The position numbers were made by a program, and so were the translations under genes. Below, piece by piece: positions 60,456-64,000 of a stretch of DNA of 64,000 nt; position 1 is the first letter of the stretch, and each line of letters opens with the position of its first letter. Where the stretch lies: NCBI GenBank assembly GCA_965249485.1, contig OZ252239.1:2176001-2240000 (forward strand), read 5' to 3'. The notes below the pieces were generated by a model that was not told where the DNA came from, did no database searches, and worked only from the letters and a program-made list of their open reading frames with translations. Source of the stretch: a bacterium. Lineage in GTDB: Bacteria; SM23-31.

Positions 60456-62081
60456 ATGCTCAAACATAAACATTTTGCTGTCGCTTTAATTTTTCTTGCT
60501 GGTATTACTTTGTTTTTTTGCACTGCGGAAACAGAGGGGACTTTTATGGCCGGGAGTGGCAATTATGCGGATCTTGTCAGCCTGTTTAACGAATTTCGTG
60601 AGATCCAGCGACCAACGATCACCGATGGCATACATGATTACTCGGCAGCTGCAACGGAGAAACAATACCGCCAACTGAAAACAATACAGAGCCGTTTGGC
60701 TGCGATCGATCCGGGTAGTTGGCCGGTTTCGGAGCAGGTCGATTACCACATGGTTCGCGCAGAGATGAACGCGCTCGAATTTTATCACCGGGTGCTCAAA
60801 CCGTGGTCGCGATTTCCAACGTTCTATCTCAGGACACGCATGGGGACCGGCTCGACGATCTATGATACACTGCCGATCGGAGATGTGCCCGCTCCGGAAA
60901 ACGAAATAGATGAGATTCTTGCAATGCTCACGTCTGCTCCGAAAATTTACGAACAGGCAAAAATCAATCTTATGGATCCTGTCCGGGACAATGCCGAACT
61001 CGCCATCGGGTGGTCGGAAGACGAAATCGAATACTACGACGGCGTCGTGGCCCGGGTCAATGAACAGCTTCCGGATATGGCTCCCGAAGCCGACCGTGCC
61101 CGCAGTGCGGCAGTCGCTTACCGGGACTGGCTCATTGAAAACAGGGATACCATGACCGCTCCCGCGGGAGTCGGCATTGAAAACTATAACTGGTGGTTGA
61201 AGAACGTCCTGCTTTTTCCGTATACCTGGGATGAACTGCTGGTCCTCGCGGAACGCGACTATGAGCGGGCATATTCGGTCTTGAAACTGACCGAGAACCG
61301 GAACCGTGACCTGCCCGAACTCGAAGCGGTGTCGAGCGCAGCGGAATATAAACAGCGTTGGTCAAAATTTGAGGGACATATTCTGCGTTTCCTGCGTGAC
61401 AATGAGATATTCACCGTTCCCGATTACCTGAAACCAACGGGAGCGGATACCTGGTGGAACGAACCCGGCGGACTCGGTGTACAGGAATTTTTCCTGAAGT
61501 GTAGAGACCTAAATCCCCTCGCGGAAATAAGCCACGGCCTGACTGGGCACACGTTTTTCTGGCACCGGCATGAGAGAGACGACCGTCCGATCCGGGGAGC
61601 CTATCCGCAGTTCCGGATGGAAATGCTCATCGACGAGGGACTGGCATTTGCGCTTGAGGAACTGCTATTGAATGCAGGTTTGTATGATGAATATCCACGA
61701 GGAGAAGAAATTACCTATATCGCTCAGGTATTCAGGGCGGTCAGGATGTTAACCGACCTGAAAATACACAGTAATGAATTAACTCTTGAAGATGCCACCC
61801 GCTACTATGTCGAGAAGACTCCCTATGGCTGGGCGCACGGTGACAGTTATAACACCCTGCATGACATCGATATGGGCATTATAAATCCGGGGTATGCAAT
61901 GGCATACATGGGTGGAAAATTCCAGATCGACGGGTTACTTGCCGACCAGGCCCACAGGCTTGGAGAAGATTTCAGTCTGAAAGAGTTTATGGACGACATG
62001 TTTGCGGCGGGCGCCGTCCCGTTTTCGCTCCTCAGATGGGAAATGACCGGCCTGGATGACGAGGTCAGGAAACTGTGGTGA
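60456..62081 (+). CDS. DUF885-family exported protein (putative metallopeptidase fold)
   Basis: Signal/lipoprotein N-terminus, EG.A...EE, FRAVR..D..IH, PGYAMAY..G and F.LKEFMD....G.VP. Confidence 0.75.
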   Translation: MLKHKHFAVALIFLAGITLFFCTAETEGTFMAGSGNYADLVSLFNEFREIQRPTITDGIHDYSAAATEKQYRQLKTIQSRLAAIDPGSWPVSEQVDYHMVRAEMNALEFYHRVLKPWSRFPTFYLRTRMGTGSTIYDTLPIGDVPAPENEIDEILAMLTSAPKIYEQAKINLMDPVRDNAELAIGWSEDEIEYYDGVVARVNEQLPDMAPEADRARSAAVAYRDWLIENRDTMTAPAGVGIENYNWWLKNVLLFPYTWDELLVLAERDYERAYSVLKLTENRNRDLPELEAVSSAAEYKQRWSKFEGHILRFLRDNEIFTVPDYLKPTGADTWWNEPGGLGVQEFFLKCRDLNPLAEISHGLTGHTFFWHRHERDDRPIRGAYPQFRMEMLIDEGLAFALEELLLNAGLYDEYPRGEEITYIAQVFRAVRMLTDLKIHSNELTLEDATRYYVEKTPYGWAHGDSYNTLHDIDMGIINPGYAMAYMGGKFQIDGLLADQAHRLGEDFSLKEFMDDMFAAGAVPFSLLRWEMTGLDDEVRKLW

Positions 62082-62204
62082 TATACATCAAATGTTAAAA
62101 TGGCGCCATAATTCAACAAAAATCCCAATTATTCTAATTTAGAGAATTGATATGGTGAATATCAGATAAATTTTAAAATTTAATTAATCGGGAGACCTGA
62201 CACT

Positions 62205-63044
62205 ATGAAAACATTCACTACAATAGGAAGAATATACATTATCGGCCTTGTCCTGTCCATGCTTACGCTTCTGCATTTCTGCGACGGCGAACAGACCGGT
62301 TCTGCAACCAGTGACCGTTTGAGCACCTCACCCCGGCATCAGGAGTGGATAACGATCGATACCCCGGGCGGTACATCTCTTTCATCATTCATCGTTTTTC
62401 CTGAAATCAGTGAACCGGCGGCAAGTGTTGTTATTATTCATGAAAACAGAGGACTGACAGACTGGATCCGAACCGTGGCTGACAGGCTTGCCGAAGAAGG
62501 GTATCTTGCGATCAGCCCGGACCTGCTTTCGGGTAAAGGTCCCGGCCGTGGCAATTCCGACTCATTTGCATCGGGGGACGATCTTCGCAGAGCACTTTCC
62601 GATTTGACCAGGGATGAAATAGACGGAAATATCAGGGCGGTCATCGAATATCTCAGAGGGCTTCCCGCCGCATCGGGAAACGTGTCTGTTGCGGGATTCT
62701 GCTGGGGAGGCAGAAACACCTTTAACTTTGCGGCACATGGTGCTGATTCGGAGATAGATGCCGCTTTTGTTTTTTACGGGACGCCCCCCGAGACTGAAAT
62801 GATGGATTTGATACAGTGCCCTGTGTACGGATTTTATGGAGAAGATGACAATCGGGTTACCAGCACCGTGGAATCAACGACAGAATCGATGGCATCTTTG
62901 CAAAAGATCTATGATCCGGTGATTTATCCCGGCGCCGGTCACGGATTTATGCGGGCAGGAGAAGATACAGACGCATCTGCAGCAATCAGAGAGGCATTTG
63001 AAAAAGGCTGGGAGCGGTTTTTAGGTCTGCTGAGTTCACAGTAA
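62205..63044 (+). CDS. Dienelactone hydrolase family protein (exported)
   Basis: IHENRGL, ADRLA.EGY.A.SPDL, nucleophile motif GFCWGG, D.RV and YPGAGHGF. Confidence 0.9.
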   Translation: MKTFTTIGRIYIIGLVLSMLTLLHFCDGEQTGSATSDRLSTSPRHQEWITIDTPGGTSLSSFIVFPEISEPAASVVIIHENRGLTDWIRTVADRLAEEGYLAISPDLLSGKGPGRGNSDSFASGDDLRRALSDLTRDEIDGNIRAVIEYLRGLPAASGNVSVAGFCWGGRNTFNFAAHGADSEIDAAFVFYGTPPETEMMDLIQCPVYGFYGEDDNRVTSTVESTTESMASLQKIYDPVIYPGAGHGFMRAGEDTDASAAIREAFEKGWERFLGLLSSQ

Positions 63045-63320
63045 TAGTGAAAATGCTACATAAAATTCAAATGTTAAAAATCAAATTTAAAATTCGTAAA
63101 TCCCATAGAATTGAATAGTTTTGATATATAAGCTTACTCTAATGCTCCCTTATAATCAGAAAACGCGGAAAGCAAAGCAGAAATAAACATCCTGTACGCA
63201 ATCAGCACTATTACAGCTTCCATAAACAGCTGTATTACAAGATTTGTAAAGATTACAATATAATCAGAAATATTATCTTCTGATTTCTATTACTTGATAG
63301 CTATTTCTGGAGAGATATGT

Positions 63321-63965
63321 ATGATTAAAGGTGTTATTTTTGATATGGACGGTGTTATTGTTGATTCCGAGAGTTTTATCTGTAAGGCTGCAATAAAGAT
63401 GTTTTCCGAACATGGTATTAATGCCCAAACTGCTGATTTTATTCCATTCATCGGTACTGGTGAGAGCAGATATTTGGGTGGTGTAGCTGAGAAATACGGT
63501 TTCCCGATTGATATAGAAAGAGATAAAGCACGGACCTATGCAATTTATACAGAGATTATTAAGGGTAAACTGCAGCCGCTTCCGGGGGTGAATGATTTTA
63601 TCAAGCGTTGCAAGAACCGTTCTTTAAAAATTGCATTGGCTACAAGTGCTGATGAAGTTAAAATGGTTGCCAATCTCAATGAAATAGGGATCTTACCGGA
63701 AACTTTCGACGCTACTGTTAATGGATTAGAAGTGGATAAAAAGAAACCAGATCCAGAAATATTTATTACCGCCGCAGAGAGAATAGGTCTTCGATGTTCG
63801 GACTGTCTTGTGGTTGAAGATGCTGTGAATGGTGTAAAAGCAGCAAAAGAGTCAGGAGCCTTGTGTCTGGCACTAACAACAAGTTTTACAACTGATGATC
63901 TCAAAGATGCGGACTGGTTTGCACCAACGCTGCAAGAAGCTCCGGAAGAAGCAATTGTGTGGTAG
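63321..63965 (+). CDS. HAD-superfamily hydrolase (beta-phosphoglucomutase-like, subfamily IA)
   Basis: FDMDGVIVDSE, ATS, KPDPEIF and VEDAVNGV.AA. Confidence 0.92.
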   Translation: MIKGVIFDMDGVIVDSESFICKAAIKMFSEHGINAQTADFIPFIGTGESRYLGGVAEKYGFPIDIERDKARTYAIYTEIIKGKLQPLPGVNDFIKRCKNRSLKIALATSADEVKMVANLNEIGILPETFDATVNGLEVDKKKPDPEIFITAAERIGLRCSDCLVVEDAVNGVKAAKESGALCLALTTSFTTDDLKDADWFAPTLQEAPEEAIVW

Positions 63966-64000
63966 CCCATTTTATCAGTAAAATAAATTATGAATAAAAA

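Noticed and set aside
53230..62204. Classical integron attC sites or a CRISPR array in the repeated spacers
   Set aside because: No RYYYAAC...GTTRRRY boxes with long dyad symmetry, no intI and no cas genes. The repeats are degenerate and separated by whole genes.
51193..64000. Integrative element or prophage at tRNA-Glu
   Set aside because: No integrase, transposase or phage gene, and I found no direct repeat of the tRNA 3' end in the window.

Overview
A 64-kb, AT-rich bacterial chromosome segment, almost entirely + strand. Gene content (LpoA-like protein, large TPR + barrel + ExbBD/TonB operon, holB-ricT-metG, secD/secF, dense D-[S/T]-hydrophobic sequons) suggests an FCB-superphylum lineage such as KSB1 or a relative; this is inference only. 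Four blocks: (1) 1-7.6 kb housekeeping/envelope genes (larE, pgeF, uppP, NSS transporter + MetS-type small subunit, holA, ECF sigma/anti-sigma). (2) 8.3-27.5 kb, an unusual MSHA-like type IV filament locus: a sigma54-driven major pilin, a PilGHI/Xap-like ABC+TPR module, three paralogous minor pilins (one ~630 aa with a duplicated domain and a 25-residue acidic tract), mini-MerR + ExeA ATPase, PilMN fusion, PilO, MshK-like protein, secretin, PilT, a barrel-less invasin-like Ig-repeat lipoprotein and two outer-membrane barrels. It has no PilB, PilC or PilD, and four genes carry single-base lesions. (3) 27.6-51.2 kb core genes (YhaM-like nuclease, mazG, TPR/barrel/ExbBD/TonB, holB, ricT, split metG, secDF, M28 peptidase, a CN-hydrolase lacking the catalytic Glu, bactofilin, tRNA-Gln, tRNA-Glu). 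(4) 51.8-64 kb, a tRNA-adjacent array of mostly exported hydrolases (three M24-like paralogues, amidohydrolase, DUF885, dienelactone hydrolase and others) whose intergenic regions share homologous non-coding modules. Seven single-base lesions were found in total; some are probably assembly errors. All calls come from reading motifs by eye; no database searches were run.
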